64,000 nt of DNA from Vicugna vicugna (taxonomy: Eukaryota). Positions 26,430-40,387 of the stretch are shown here, one piece after another. The DNA lies in assembly GCA_013265495.1 (NCBI GenBank), contig MU057651.1, positions 1,375,674 through 1,439,673 of the forward strand. Direction: 5' to 3'. The notes under the pieces are model-generated. The model saw nothing but the letters and a program-made list of their open reading frames with translations. It made no database searches and was not told the origin of the DNA. The translations under genes were made by a program, and so were the position numbers. Each line of letters begins with the position of its first letter. The stretch's first letter is position 1.

Positions 26430-27110
26430 AACCTGGCAGAGATGCTCAAAAAACTGTGGGAATGTGGGTCTGGATCTCAAGGAGGCTGGAGAAGATGACA
26501 AGAGTTGAAAGGCAAATGATATATATGTATATAAAATGCAAACGGGGAAGAGTAAAAGGACGAGATTCTAAGAGGCAAGTACTGACATATTCCTTAAGCA
26601 CCCCAACAGAACACCTGAGCCACCCCGCCTGCAGACCCCTGGTCCGTGGTGCTCTTTCAAGAGGGAATGGGTGGCAAGAAATGGAAGTCGTAACTCAAGG
26701 GAATATTGATAGAAAGAATGGGAGAGCCTTGAACATATTTATAGACGGAGGGAAGGAGCCAGTGGGGAGAGGGAGGCTGAAGCAGCAGGCAGGGCAGGGG
26801 ACACTGGCTGATGAAGAGGCCCCAAAGCAGGCAGGAGAGGTGTGACCCAGAACACACAGAACGGTTAGCCTTGGGCTCCAGGAGGTAAGGAGGGACAAAC
26901 TGGCAGAACTGAGGACAGCCTGAGGGAGGAACATGCTGGAAGTGGAGGCAGCTTACAATCAGGAGCTCCCACTACCCGGCTGGAGACTCGTGTGACCAAA
27001 AGGGTCTGTGGCTGATGATGAACTGCAAAGTGAGCATGCGTGGTTACAAAGAAAGGACCCCGCTCCCAACTCAGCCCCAGACTGCAGCTCTCCAAAGAAA
27101 TCAGGGCATC
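26430..27110 (-). mobile_element. L2 LINE remnant (antisense)
   Basis: atgggagagccttgaacatattta...gggaaggagccagtggggagagggaggctgaag. Confidence 0.55.
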
Positions 27111-27122
27111 AAAACAGATCAT

Positions 27123-27391
27123 TGCTACAGTCAGAATGCTTGTGTCCCCCTAAATTCCTGTCCGATGTGATGAGATTAGGAGGTGGTGCCCTGAGGAGGA
27201 GATTAGGTCAAGAGGTTATCAGAGGCCTCAGAGAGCTCCCTAGCCCGTCTCACCCCAAGAGTTTTCCCTGGACCATGCCAGCACCCTGATCTCAGACTTC
27301 CGGCCTCCAGAACTGGGAGAATCAACTTCTGATGTTTATAAGCCACACATCCTATGGTATTTTGTTCCAGGAACCGGAACAGACTGAAACA
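27123..27391 (+). mobile_element. MLT1A-type MaLR LTR (internally deleted)
   Basis: TG...CA termini with a perfect 5-bp TSD ATCAT. Confidence 0.82.
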
Positions 27392-27539
27392 ATCATCCAT
27401 CTCCCTTAGAGGGGAAAGGGAAGAGAAGAGGATGCAGGCTTTGGATATATTCCTGCCAACTGAGTTTGGCTTTGGAACACTTCATCTTCATTAGCTGACC
27501 ATGGACTTCTGCTGTGGCTACTGGTGCCACAAACTCATT

Positions 27540-28870
27540 GGGACTAAATACTACTCATTAGAGGAGCCACAAAAGGGAGGCCCACAACCTAAAATCAACC
27601 GCCAACATGTTCACAGAACAAAACAGCACACTGCCATGAAAAACAACAGGTGCCACGAGAAAACACTCAGACGAATCCAGAATGTGGAACATTCTGCGAA
27701 ACCACTGGCCCAGATTCATCAAAATGTCAATGTCATGAATGAGAAGTTGGGGGGGACTGTTCCTAGATTTTAAAAAGTAAATCAACAAAACCTGAAGAGA
27801 TAGAACAATCAAAAGCAATCTTAAAAATTCAGTGAATCCTGATTTAAAAAAAAAAGCTAGAAAGACATTCTTGGGACAATTGGGGAAATTTGAATATAAA
27901 AAGATGATTAGATAAAGCAGATAGTATTATAGGATTGTTGATCACTTTCTTGAGTGTGATTATGGTATTGTGGTTGTACAAGAGAATGTCCTTTTCCTTA
28001 GGAGCTGAGGGCTTAAGTATTTAGAATGGGGGTCAAGATGTCTGCAACTTTTTAGGAAATGATTCAGCAAACTTAGATAAAGAGAGAGAGAGACAAAAAA
28101 TAAATATGGAAAAACAGCGATTGTTGACTCTAGCTGTAGGGCATATGGTCATTGTTTACTGTGCTCAATGCTTCAGTATGTTTGAAAATTTTTATAATAA
28201 AAAGTTGGGAAATTTTTAAACGTAAATAAATTTAAATAAGGTAAATCTGTATGAACTAATTTGGAAAAATCCTAAGGTGTATTAACTGGAAGAAAAAACG
28301 GTGCAGTCATTTTGGAGAACAATTTGTCAATATTTATAAAAAGTGTTAAATATCTATTCACTTTGACTCACAGACTACACTCTTCAGAATTTATACTAAC
28401 AGAGATACTGGCACACATGCACAAAACTGTATAAAGATGTTCATTACAACATTAGTTGTAATTACAAAAAATATCTAATAACAAAAAAGCTAACTGAATG
28501 CCCATTGGTAGGCAAGTCATAAAATACTCTGGAAGAATAACTATGCAACCATTTACAAAAAAGGAGGTACAGCCATTTGTAGGTAAAACTGAGCAAATCT
28601 ATACTGAACAAAACATGATCCTTTTTGTAAAAGAAAAAGGGCAGATCAGTCTTTGTATTTTTAGATGTCTGTCAGTGTATCGTAGGACTGGGATGATATT
28701 TACCAAACTGGGCAGGGAAACAGGACTGGGGAGGACTGGTTGGGACAGGGAAGGGGAGACCTTGACTTAGATTCTATATATTTGTATAGCTGGATTTTTA
28801 CAGTAAATGAAGGTATTCATTTATTAATCATGTAGCTAAGAATTTAAAAGTCAAAGAGAGGTCAAAAGAG
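27540..28870 (+). mobile_element. L1ME-like 3' UTR remnants
   Basis: cttgggacaattggggaaatttgaat..., ggtattgtggttgtacaagagaatgtcctt, and AATAAA at 28196. Confidence 0.7.
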
Positions 28871-29365
28871 GAATGTACTCCTTAGCATCAATTACCTCTG
28901 GGTAGTGGGTGGGAGAACTTTCATGTTATATTCTTCATATCTGTGTAGTGCAGGAATCCTTAACCAAGAGGATGCATTAAGCTATTAAGGGTGACCAGTG
29001 TGAAGTTTTTCTAGTTTGTAAGAACCCCCTCTGTTAGAGTATCTGAGCACATCACAGACCCCCTCTCAAAACCCTTGTTTTCATTCTATCTTCCCTGTGA
29101 CCCGACTCCCACCCCCGGTATGGACAGATGCCCACAGCCCTACCAGGCACAGGAAATTCTACCTTATGCTCAAGGTTTGAGATGGAGACAGGGAGGGAAG
29201 AGCAACTAGGGTGAGTGGTGTGAGGACTGACCCTTCCTTTTGTAGTCCAAACCCTATCAGGACTACTCCCGACTTCATTCTTGGTGCTCAGAGCCCTGGG
29301 GAGAGCAGGAGAACAGAATTGTGGTTGCCAGGTAGCTGTCCCCAGTCAGCCCACTAATGTCAAAC

Positions 29366-29706
29366 AAAATATTTCCCAACTTTTTACTATAAAAATTTTC
29401 AAACATACTGAAGCATTGAGTATAGTAAACAATGACCATATACCCTACAGCTAGATTCAACAATTGCAGTTTTTCCATATTCATTTTCTCTCTCTTTCTC
29501 TCTTTATGGAAGTTTACTGAATCATTTCCTAAAAAGTTGCAGACATCTTGACACTTCTGTTCTAAATACTTCAGCCCTCAGCTCCTAAGGAAAAGGACAT
29601 TCTCTTGTACAACCACAATACCATAATCACACTCAAAGTGATCAACAATCCTATAATACTATCTGCTTTATCTAATCATCTGTTTAGACTCAAATTTCTG
29701 CAATTG
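29366..29706 (-). repeat. Inverted copy of 27877-28217 (L1ME-like 3' end)
   Basis: Reverse complement aligns to 27877-28217 with perfect runs of ~47 and ~64 bp. Confidence 0.9.
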
Positions 29707-32700
29707 AAAAAAAAAAGTTAAAGGAAACTAGTCAAGCTGAGTGAGGCCTTGAAGGATATGCAATGGCTGACTGACCTGAAATTCCACTCAGTCAAGTTCC
29801 ATCGGCTTGCCAGGTCGAGGCAGGCAGGCCTGGGCAGCTGTGTCTTTCACACCAGAAAATGCATGTGCACAAGAAATTGCACCACCAGAGTAAAATACTG
29901 GCAACAACCGAATACCCATCTCAAAGACGATGGAGAAAAACACTGAGGTACGTTTATATGATGGAATGTTACACCACAGTGAAAATGTAACTACAGTTAT
30001 ACTCAATAATGAGGGTGAATCTTAGAAATATAATGTTTAATAAAATAAGCAAATCCCAGAAGACTACATACAACATGATACCCTTTTTGTAAGGATCAAA
30101 AAGCAACTAAAATTAAATATCTTACTTAAGGTTATTTTATATATAAAATATTACAGATTTTATTACATACAATATATATTTTATACATGTATATACATAG
30201 TGTATATATATGTGTTTATATTCTATGTATATGAGAGAGAGATTTCTTTTAAAAACAGTAAAGGAATAATAACCAGAATTCAGGCTACTGGTTCACAGCG
30301 GTGGGTAAGGATGTACGGTGTGGGGTGGGAGAAGCATGTAGGCTTACATCTGTAAGTTATGATCAATGTGGCTATTTCTTGGGTTGTGTTCATAGTTGTT
30401 TATAATATTATCCATAAATAAATAAATGCACTCATGAATAAAATTAAAGCATTATGGAAGAATGTTGAAATTTGTTATGAATCGAGAATTATAAGTATGA
30501 TCACCTCAATTGTGTGCACCCAAGTTCTGTTTAAAAGGAAAAAGCAGTGGGAGTTTCATTAAAAAACCTGCCCAAGGTCTCAAGGCTGAGCCAGGATGTG
30601 AACCCAGGAAACCTGGCTCCAGAATGCATGATCTGAATCCACTGTTGTCTGTTCTACTAACCCTGATGGAAAAGAAACAGGGTCTACTGTTAAGCCTGAA
30701 GGCCTGACCCTACACCTAGCTACCACAAAATAGGCACTAGCTGTCCAAGCGGCCCCAGGTGGCTCTGAAGTCACCAAATCCAGATTTACTACTTCTTTAG
30801 ACTATGCCAAAGCTCAAATTTCATGTGGAAAAAGGAGAGACGATTTGAGTAAACAAGAAGGTACCTCAGGACTTAGAAGTCCAGCCCTGAACGCGTTATT
30901 TGACTTTTTACTCAAGGAGGGAAAGTAAATATTTGCGTGGATCTCTCCACAGAACTCAGGGGAAAGGCTAATGACAGAAATTGTTCAGAAGGCCTACAGA
31001 GGAACCAGGGCAGCTGTAAGTCAAAAGACAGTCAGCTTGTGTGCAGAGGCCAAACCACACCTACAGAATGACTGAGCCGGGGCTGGCCTTTCTGCTCGGG
31101 CTGTATGACAAGGAGCTCCACGAGGGCCTTTTGTGCCGCTGACAGGACCAAGGCCTCATTCCCCTCTGCCTTGGGTTACAGATTACACGCAGAAAATGTA
31201 AGCCCAATGGAGTGGGAGGCACAAGAGGAAAGGTACTAAACTGCCGGTCCCTCGTCAGCCCAGGCAGTCTGCATCTATTTGAGTACCTTCAAAGGCCTTG
31301 AGCACGAGATGGCTTGAAATAAGGCTAACCCCACACTCACACTAGAGCAAAGAAAGGGACAAACACATCTGAGATTTGGGTCTTAGCCCAGTCAAAACAG
31401 CTCAAGGGCACTCGGTACCCAGTCCACTGCCCTCCACCAACCAAGCAGGGAGTCTGGTTAATCTCCTACTCCTTGGGGGCCCTTACTTGAAGGCAACCAG
31501 GGGGCCAGGCAGCCATTTGTAAGGCAGGCCTCCTTGCACTAATGCCTCCAACATCTTCCCCTAAACAAGACCCATCAGCTCTGCTACAAGCTAGAGCCAG
31601 GTTCATGAATCCCTAAATCTAGGAAAGGCAAATGTGACATGTTCCCTTGAGGCATGACCCTTGAGAAGAGGCCAAGAGATGGTGCTTGACCACCTCCTGA
31701 CATGAGCAGACTCTGCTCACTTCTCTCTGCTTCTTTTCTCCTCTTCTCTTCCCTTCTGTTTAACTCTCCCATTCTCCATCTCTTCCCAGGCTCCAAGCCT
31801 GCTCCTAGGTTTTCTACAAGTACTGAAGGATGACAGAGAGACTCGCAGCAGCTCCTGGCTAGTCCAACACACAGAAAATGTGTAGAATCTTTATTTTCAC
31901 AGATTTTTTTTTGAGAAAGAATTGTTTTGTCCCACTGGGAAGGGGCCCAGCATACTATATTTTAATGATGTTCCCCAAGTTAATCTGGATGCAGGTGTGC
32001 TTAGCCTATACTTGGAGAAATACATACTACAGGAGGCCAGCCTCCAAAAATCTAAATAGTAGGTGTGAAATTAGAATATTTTCTCATAGAAATGATAGGC
32101 ACTCCCCTGGAAAATGTCATGATAGAGATAATGATGTGACTAGTGTTCAGAACAGCAATAAAGATAATCAAAACAGTAAAAATAATTCATAATTGCTGGT
32201 ACATAGCACTTCTCTGCTAGACCTAAGTACTTGTGTTAACTAACACAACAACTCTATAAGATAAATGCTATAATTTTCCTTTTTCCAAGGAGGGAATTAA
32301 GACATAAAGAGATTAAGTAACTGGCGCAAAGGCTAGTTATAGAGCCTGGATGTAAACCAGGAGATCTGACTCCAGAGTCTACATTCTTACCCACTGACCT
32401 ACATGACCTCCACGTGTGCTGAGGCCCTTTACAGTACAGAGGTAGCCCTTGATTAACAAATGACTCAAATCCACGATGGTCTGATCCCACTGAGAATAGA
32501 TAGATGGCTAAACCAAAGAAGAAATATTATCCTACCTCTTCTGTCCCCACTATGTGAGCCCAGATCTGGAATGTTTTCATTACATTGCCATGGGAACTAA
32601 TCAACACTGGGATCTACCTCCCTGATCCCCCAGACACCAACCTATTCATTCAGATATTTATTGAGCATCTAGTATGTGTCAACGATTATGAACAAGATAC

Positions 32701-32797
32701 AAATGGTCCCTGTCTTCATGCACTTACACATACCTCACTCTAAATGCTGATTTCTAGGAGAACTCAGAAATCAAAAGATGATTTTAATCAGTGTTCC

Positions 32798-32988
32798 GCA
32801 CTACTACATATAAAATAGATAAACAACAAAGACCTACTGTATAGCACAGGGAACTATATTCAATTTCTTGTAATAACATGTAATAGAAAAGAATCTGAAA
32901 AAAATTATGTATGTATAACTGAATTGCTTTGCTGCACACCTGAAACATTATAAATCAACTACACTTCAATAAAAAACAAAATAAAAAA
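32798..32988 (+). mobile_element. 5'-truncated cetartiodactyl-type L1 3' end
   Basis: gacctactgtatagcacagggaactatattcaa...aataaa + A tail. TSD aatcagt(g/a)ttcc at 32786-32797/32989-33000. Confidence 0.85.
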
Positions 32989-33029
32989 AATCAGTATTCC
33001 AAGGGCTTATGACCACTAATATTAATGTT

Positions 33030-35400
33030 GTGTTAGCTACCTGATGGGTTATATAGGCTTCCTAATACCTCACAGGACTTAAAAATACTAGACAGACATA
33101 AAGCAGGTATTTATCAACTGATACAGAGATATTTCAGGAGAGCACTGAGAATAGATAGATGGCCAAACCAATGAAGAGAATTAGAATGACCTCCTGACTG
33201 CCCCCAACAGGAAGGACACAGCCATAAAAGGGTTGGAAAACAAGGCACAGACTTCCATTCCTGGTAATAACAAAAGCTAGGACTTAAAGAGATCTGTGAC
33301 CCCAAAAAGCCACATCTCACTGTAAAGGTATGTGCTGTAAATACAAATTATCCCACCCCTAGAATGGTAAGGAAAATTCAGTCTCCAATCTTGACAATGA
33401 GTTGGGGTAGTAGTAAGGGAAGAAACTAGTTAGTTCCACTAAAAACTTGGAACCACAAGCCAGCCATCATGTGGGTTTGCAGGCTAAATTTACACTACTT
33501 GGGTAATCCAAAAATGTTAGGTTGAGTTTTATTTAGCATGATTCCAGACTGGTAGCCCTCAAGTGCCTGGCAAGAACAAAGACAAATCCTCTCTAGAGAA
33601 ATGCAGGACTCAAAAAATTCCCACAAATAAAATCTTAAGGAAAATAAGTAATGTATAGTAAAAGAAAAATAACAACTATAATATTTAAAATAAAACCTAA
33701 ACACACAAGGAAATAAGCCAAGAACCAGTAAAAACAGAGCTTCAAGGACCTCAGAATACTTACAGACTATGTTTAATATTTTTGAAAAAAATGAAAAATA
33801 ATTGAAATTAAAAACTCTATTGAAATTAAAAACTCTATTGAAATTATTTAAAAAATAATTTTTAAAATAATTAAAATTAATTATAAAAATAACTTTAAAT
33901 AATTTAAAAATTGAAAAACAATTTAAATTAAAAGCTCTATTGATACAGAAGCAACAGCTGAAGGCAGTGAGAATGATCAGAAACCTGATGATAGACATAT
34001 GCCCACAGGCTTAAAAAGTTCAGACTCTCAAACAGAATAAGCAAAAACAAATCAACCCTGAAACACAGTAATTACTAAAACTGCAGAACTCCAGAGACAA
34101 AGAGATCTTAAAACCAATCAGAATGAAGAGATTACTTTCCAAGAAATAAAAGTTAAGACTGACCAATGATTTTTCAAGGCACCAATGGAAGACAGAATAT
34201 AGTAAAATTACATCTTCATTGTGCTAAGAGAAAAATAATTATGAACCAAGGATTCTATATCCAGTGAAAGTGTCTTTCAAGAATGAAGAATGAATACAAA
34301 CATTTTTAGGTAAAGAAAAACCAAGAGTTTGTCATCAGCAGATCATCTCTAAAGGGGATTCTCAAAGATATAATTCCAGCAGAGGCAAAGTAATGTTATA
34401 TGGAAGGTCTGAGATGCAATAAAAAATAGTGAGCCAAGGAAGTGGTAATTATATAGGTAAATCTAAATGAACATTTTTATATAAAATAACATATTATTTT
34501 TAAAAAAAGCTAAAATAATACAGAATTAAAATACATGACAGCATAAGCATAAGTTGAGGGTGATAAATAGTTAAAATGTTTTAAGGTCCACATGCAAAAG
34601 AATAAAGTTGTAACCCTATTTCACATCATATACACTCCTATGGATATACCCAAGAGATTAAAAAAAAAAAAAGTCCACACAAAATGTTGTATATGAACGT
34701 TCATAGCAGCACTATTCACAACAGCCAAAAAGAGGAAACAATCCAAACGTCTATCAACAGATGAATGGATAAATAAATATGGTATATCCATACAATTGAA
34801 TGTTATTAGCCAATAAAAAGGAATGGGTTACTACTAGATGCTACAACATGGATGAATCTTCAAAACATGATGCTAAGCGAAAGAAGCCAGACACAAAAGG
34901 ACAAACATTTTATGATTAAATTTATATGGAATATCCAGAACAGGCCAATCTATAGAGATAGATACCAAATCAGTGGTTACTCAGGGCTGGTGGCAGTGGG
35001 TGCGGAGTGTAGGCCACAGGGATGACAGCTAAACAGTACAGTTTCCTTTGAGGGTTGATAAAAATGTTCTAAAAATTAATTCTGGTGACGGTTGCACAAC
35101 TCTGTGAATATACAAAAAAAAATCTACACTTTAAATGAGTGCATTTTATGTTATGTGAACTACATCTCAATAAAACTATGACCAAAAAAGTGCTGTAAGA
35201 TCCCTGTATTATTTGAGAGAAAAGTAAAGATATTGATTGACTCTAGATCTAGGTAAGTATTTCTGTTTACATTGGTAGGATAACCATTAAAAAAAATAAC
35301 TGAAAGAGTGTGTATAACTTCTAATAAACCAGTAAAGGGAAAATAGAATGATAAGAAAATACCCAATAAATCCCCTCGAAAGGCTAGACTGAAGCTTAAA
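33030..35400 (+). mobile_element. Old L1/HAL1 5'/ORF1 remnant with nested L1MB-like 3' end (~34590-35185)
   Basis: ORF1-like aaccaaggattctatatccagtgaaagt; nested caacagatgaatggataaataaaat...catctcaataaa. Confidence 0.65.
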
Positions 35401-38400
35401 AAAAAGACAAAATGCTCCAACCTGGAGTTTACAACCCATATCAAACGGTGGCAGACCAAGTGACACACAGCGGTCACATCTGTGCTTAGAAGCAGGCTCT
35501 TCTATGTGCACTGGTGTTCGGGATGATGAGTGGAGGCCCCCGCCCTACCTAACCCGCTTCATTAATAAGGTCCCTGGAATAAAACAAACCCCCTGTGGAA
35601 GGCCTGGGTCCGCCAAGCAAATACCACCTTGGGAGAGACGTCCCCGCTTTGGTCATTAGAGACCAAAACTTTTTCCTCCAATTAGTTGAGGCCTATGGTT
35701 TTAGGTTCTAAAGGAAAATAAGTCATTCTATGCTGAAAAGTCATCTGAATTTTGACACACAAGCTAGTTTGAACTATTAAGGGTGTAATGGGTTTTTAGA
35801 AACATACCTTTAACAGATGGGTGAGTGACTTATACACACAGGGCTCAGCCCAGGAATGCCTAGCTGCTTCAGTAAAAGCCAAGACTGCACCGAGTGGACG
35901 CCACCATAGACAGGATCCCTGGCTCTCTCTCTAGGGCAGCCTATTGTCACAGGGTAAGTGTTTGTGCCGTGGTTATTCCACGTATTAGAGCTGATGAATG
36001 GGAATGCTGTTATCCCCTGACCAGAGAAGATGGGGAAGCCTAGCTCTCCGGCTACCCTGGTCTCACTGTTCCTTTTCCCTCGAGGCTGCAGCAGCAGGAG
36101 AAGTCAAATTTAAACACATCTGGAATGACTATTCTTGCCTAAGGGCTTACTCAGTTAAAGGAAAAAGGATCTGCTCTTAGTTCCCCCTTTGGAGCTAGGA
36201 GTTTAGTCTGTAACCACACTAAAACACCCTGCCAGGACAAGGTTCCAGGCGTTATTTTCTCAGGGACAGCTCTGGCCCTGCATCTGCCAACAGTACCCCC
36301 TGGCCCTGCTCCACAGGGCAAGTCGCCATTCCTTTGCTCAAGACTGGAAACAGAACAGGGCCCATCCCTTTGGCCCCAGTTGCAGATGACCTTTGGCCTA
36401 GTTTGGAGACTGGGAAACAGCAGTTACATACAGTGAATGTGGTATGAGGCACAAATGGGAGTGGCCTGATTCTTTCAACACTTTCGAGATCATCTACAAA
36501 TTGATCTTTCTCATCAGTTGTATCTTGAACACCCACTCCATACAGAGTGCATGTTCACACTTATGTCCTCATATCCCTCCAAGACACACACACCCACACC
36601 CATAAAGCTCTCTTCATGAATCAATGTTTCCATTGATTGTGTTTCAGTGTGCCTCCAGAAAATGGAAGTGGAGAGCAACAGTTAATGCCTACCTGGAAAC
36701 AAATTCTGGAAATCAGAAAGCCATGGATAAGACTCTTTCCCAGTCAAATGATGGCTCCTGGAGTCAACAGTCTGTACCTGTCACAGGGCAGGAGCTGCTG
36801 TGAGTCTAGAGTTGAAGGTTCCTCCTGCTTTGAAACTCAATGCCCTTGGCAGAGCAGAGAGGTGGGCTCCGGATCAGCAGGAGAAGAGAAGCCACATTCC
36901 CTCCACCCTTTTGTCAGCTGACCTCTGTCCCAATGGGAGAGCCCCCCAGAGGGCAGCAGTCAGACCAGAAGCAGGGAGGAGCCAGGCAGCTTCTAAAAGA
37001 TTCATTGTCTCCTCTTCCTCTCCATTCACCCTACAGATAGCCATGTCTAAGTGGTTGTCATCTTAGAAAAACATCCTGTGGTCTATAAGGACATGTTCTG
37101 CTTCTTTAGAACCACCCCCCCAACACCCCCCACCCCTGCCTATTTTGAGCCAACATAATTTACAATTCCCAGAAATGCCTGAGAAGCAGTGTACGCACTT
37201 CTGGTGCCAAGCCTGACTGGTTTTACAGATTTTCATTTAGCAGGTGTCTGTTGCTAAATCAGTAGCAGCTGTTAATTGCTTTTCCTCCCTCAAACCTTCA
37301 GACAGAATGAAACATCTGGTACTCGTTGTCTCACTTCAGGTTAAAATCAGATACCTTATCATTCCTCCTTTGGGTTCCATTTTTATTAAAAAGCTGTCAG
37401 CTAATGCCTGGAACAGGGAGCAGAGAGCAAGCCTGCCCCAGAGGAAGGGGAATGATTCTAAGGGCAACCCAGCAGGCTGAGGCTGCCTCTGGTTCCCAGA
37501 CTGCATGCACAGATGCAGGGTGGCTAGGGCACCAGTCCCCACAAGGTGGAGCTTTAAGCCCATGCCTGGCCAAGTTACTTGGGACTTCATTTCTTGAGCA
37601 AGGACTCTCAGGACCTTGCTCCCCCTCTTGCTGACAGCAGCCCTCCCTGCCCTGAATCTGTTCCAGCACCAGCAACCCAACAGCCCAGCTCGTCCTCCTC
37701 TCTGGAGGGAAGGGGAAGCCAGGGCAGCAGGGAGGGAGAGAGGAGGGCACCTATTCAATATGCACATGCTTCTGTGGCCATGAATGGGGATCTCAGAAAG
37801 AATAAACTATACAGTGCAGGAAATTACAGGATCCTGTCATTTCTAGCTCCAATTTATACCAGTATTCTCTTGCAGCTTTTTGAGCCATATTTTGGTTTTT
37901 GATTCCCCCCACCCCCCGCCAAATACCTGTTTGCTGGGCTCCAAATCTGCTTCTTGATTCTAAGCCAAAACTGTTCTTAACAGTACCTTAATAGCAACTC
38001 AAGTATTTTAGATTATTAATAATAATCTTACTTAATCTTTATTGAGCACTTACTACTATGCATCAGCCACTGTGGTAAGCACTTTATGTGCATCATCTTA
38101 TTGAAGATTTAGAAATTGTGACTGTCCTCATTTTACAATATGAAACAGGCTCAGAGAAAGGCTACTGATGTTGTAGAAGACTGGAACTGTGATCTGGCTG
38201 GATTAGAAACTTGTGCTCTGCTGACTGGGTATTTGATAATATTAAGGAATTACAGATATTGTCATAGATACGATAATGGCATTATGATTATATATAAAGT
38301 GCTTATATTTTAAAGATGTATAATGAAATATCTACAGTTAAAATTACATGAAATTTCTTTTGAAATTATCCAGGTGTGTGTGTGTGGGGGGACGGACAGT

Positions 38401-38463
38401 GAGGCAGTTTGAGGTGATATGAGGTATACTGATTTAAAAAAAAATGGCTATGAGTTGATATCT

Positions 38464-38750
38464 AAATGTTTCTCTGAGTTCAGCGAGCAGCTCTAGTAAG
38501 TTAATGGAACCTGAGGAGGGGAGTTGTGGAGCCTCCAGTCTATAGCGAGTCAGTCAGATGCACAGGTAACTAATTGGCCTTATGACAGGCATCTCAAGTG
38601 GGGACAGTCTTATAGGACTGAGCACTTAACCTGTGGGATCTGATGCTATCTGCTGATAGTATCAGAAGGAGTTAAACTGGAGGACTCCCAGGTGGTATCA
38701 CACAAATGTTTGGTGTGGGGACCCCCCCCAAACACCCCCACAGAGCATCC
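38464..38750 (+). mobile_element. MER21-like LTR fragment
   Basis: Contains ctgagttc...ctctagtaagttaat..aacctgaggagggg and ggactgagcacttaacctgtgggatctgatgctatct motifs typical of MER21. Confidence 0.65.
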
Positions 38751-39844
38751 CATTCAGTGTTTATGTAACAGGGGAGGTGAGAAGAGTACTGGTCTGGGAG
38801 TCAGGGACCTGAGTACTGGTCCTAAAGCTGCCACTCCCTGGCTATATGACCTTAGGCTGGTCATTCACCCTTTCTGGGCCTTAAAATTAACGAAATGACA
38901 CAGGTGAATGAACTACATGAATTTCTCAGGCCCTCCAGAGCCCTAGTTGACTTTTGAACTCAAGTGTTTGAACTTTACCTTTACTGTGATGCAATGTCCT
39001 TTCTGTTCCATTGATGTTATCTTTCAGGACCTTTTAGAATATTGAAACTGGCCCCCAACATAGCTTTCATTCCCAGATTTGGGACACAGGCAAATCTGAC
39101 AGTTCAGTCATCTGTGCCTTCATCTAGATTAGCTCAACAAACCACTAAGCCAGATAACTGTCCTGCCCATAACCAAGTCCACAGTTCTCTAACTGATCAT
39201 GAGCAACTTGGTCAAAAGACATATTACTGAAACCCAGATCCCCTCTGGCTTTCTCTAATTAACATTTGATTAAGCCTATTGAAATTAAATATGGAAAATT
39301 TTTCAATGTACGGGAAGGGGGATCCACGTGAGCTCCTGGTCCTGTTCCATGGGGCCAGAGACCATCTGCTTCATACACTGTGCCTTAATTTGGCTAGAAA
39401 CTGTTCTGTATGGGTATAACATGGATCTAGAACTCCCAGAATTCTACCTTTGCTTCTTTTCAAAAATCAAAATCGCTATTCAACCTTAGTTTGGGGCACC
39501 TTGCCTATTTATGCTTTAGGATTTTCAAATTCACCTGCAGTGGATTTCAGGTCTTAACTTTTTTTTTCACTTTCTTTTTTTATTGAGGTGTAACTTATAT
39601 ATAGTAAGGTATACAATATCTTAACTTCTGTCAAGCCCTATATATAGTTTAGGCCTCATTTATAACAGCTGAATGCCTGACTAAAAGACCTCCATCTTTA
39701 TCAGATATTGTTCCAACCACATCTGTTCGAAGACAGGTCTCCTTAAAGGAAAGAACAGAAGCAGAACAGCTGAGTGGTACTGGGTTGCTTTTTCTTCTTT
39801 GCACACTACATATTGGTCATTTTGCTTTCTTTGTCTTGCTTTCC

Positions 39845-40010
39845 AGGCCTTCTCAGACTTTCACGTGCACACTAATCCCCAGGAGATCTTGTTAAAATGC
39901 TGACTGTCATTCTGTAGGTCTGGGATGGGCCCAAGATTATGAATTTCTAACAAGTTCCCATGGGAGGCCAATTCTGCTAGTCTGTGGACCACATTTTGAG
40001 TTGCAAGGAG
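39845..40010. mobile_element. MER5A-like MITE
   Basis: ttgttaaaatgctgact...gtaggtctgggatgggcccaaga...tttctaacaagttccc. Confidence 0.7.
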
Positions 40011-40032
40011 TCAGGGTACAGTGAGGAAGGTG

Positions 40033-40285
40033 GGGTGGTGTAGTGGAAAGAGAATGGGCTTTGAAAACAGAAACCTGGGTTCTAATTTGCAACTTTGCCA
40101 CTCACTAGTTGAGTGCCTTTGGCTGGATTGCTTAACTTCTTTGTGTCTCAGTTTACTCCTTTATATAAACGAGATCACCTACATTTCAGGGATGCTGTGA
40201 GGATTAATTGAGTTGACAGAGGTAATGAATCTAGCACAGTTCTGGGCACATACAGAGGCCCTCAGTAAATGGTAGCTATTATGGT
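40033..40285 (+). mobile_element. MIR SINE (near full length)
   Basis: gtggtgtagtggaaagagaatgggctttg...ctcagttt...gtgaggattaa...taaatggtagctattat. One of roughly 20 MIR fragments in the window. Confidence 0.8.
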
Positions 40286-40387
40286 GAATGTCTGATGATG
40301 CCCATTGTTCCCTACCTTTGCTGTTATGAATCCTAAAATTTCAAAATTGCCCACGCCACACCTGGTGAATATCATATTCTAACCCAC

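Noticed and set aside
33495..33998. 167-aa Phe/Asn-rich ORF
   Set aside because: Antisense of an AT-rich L1 tract; compositional artefact.
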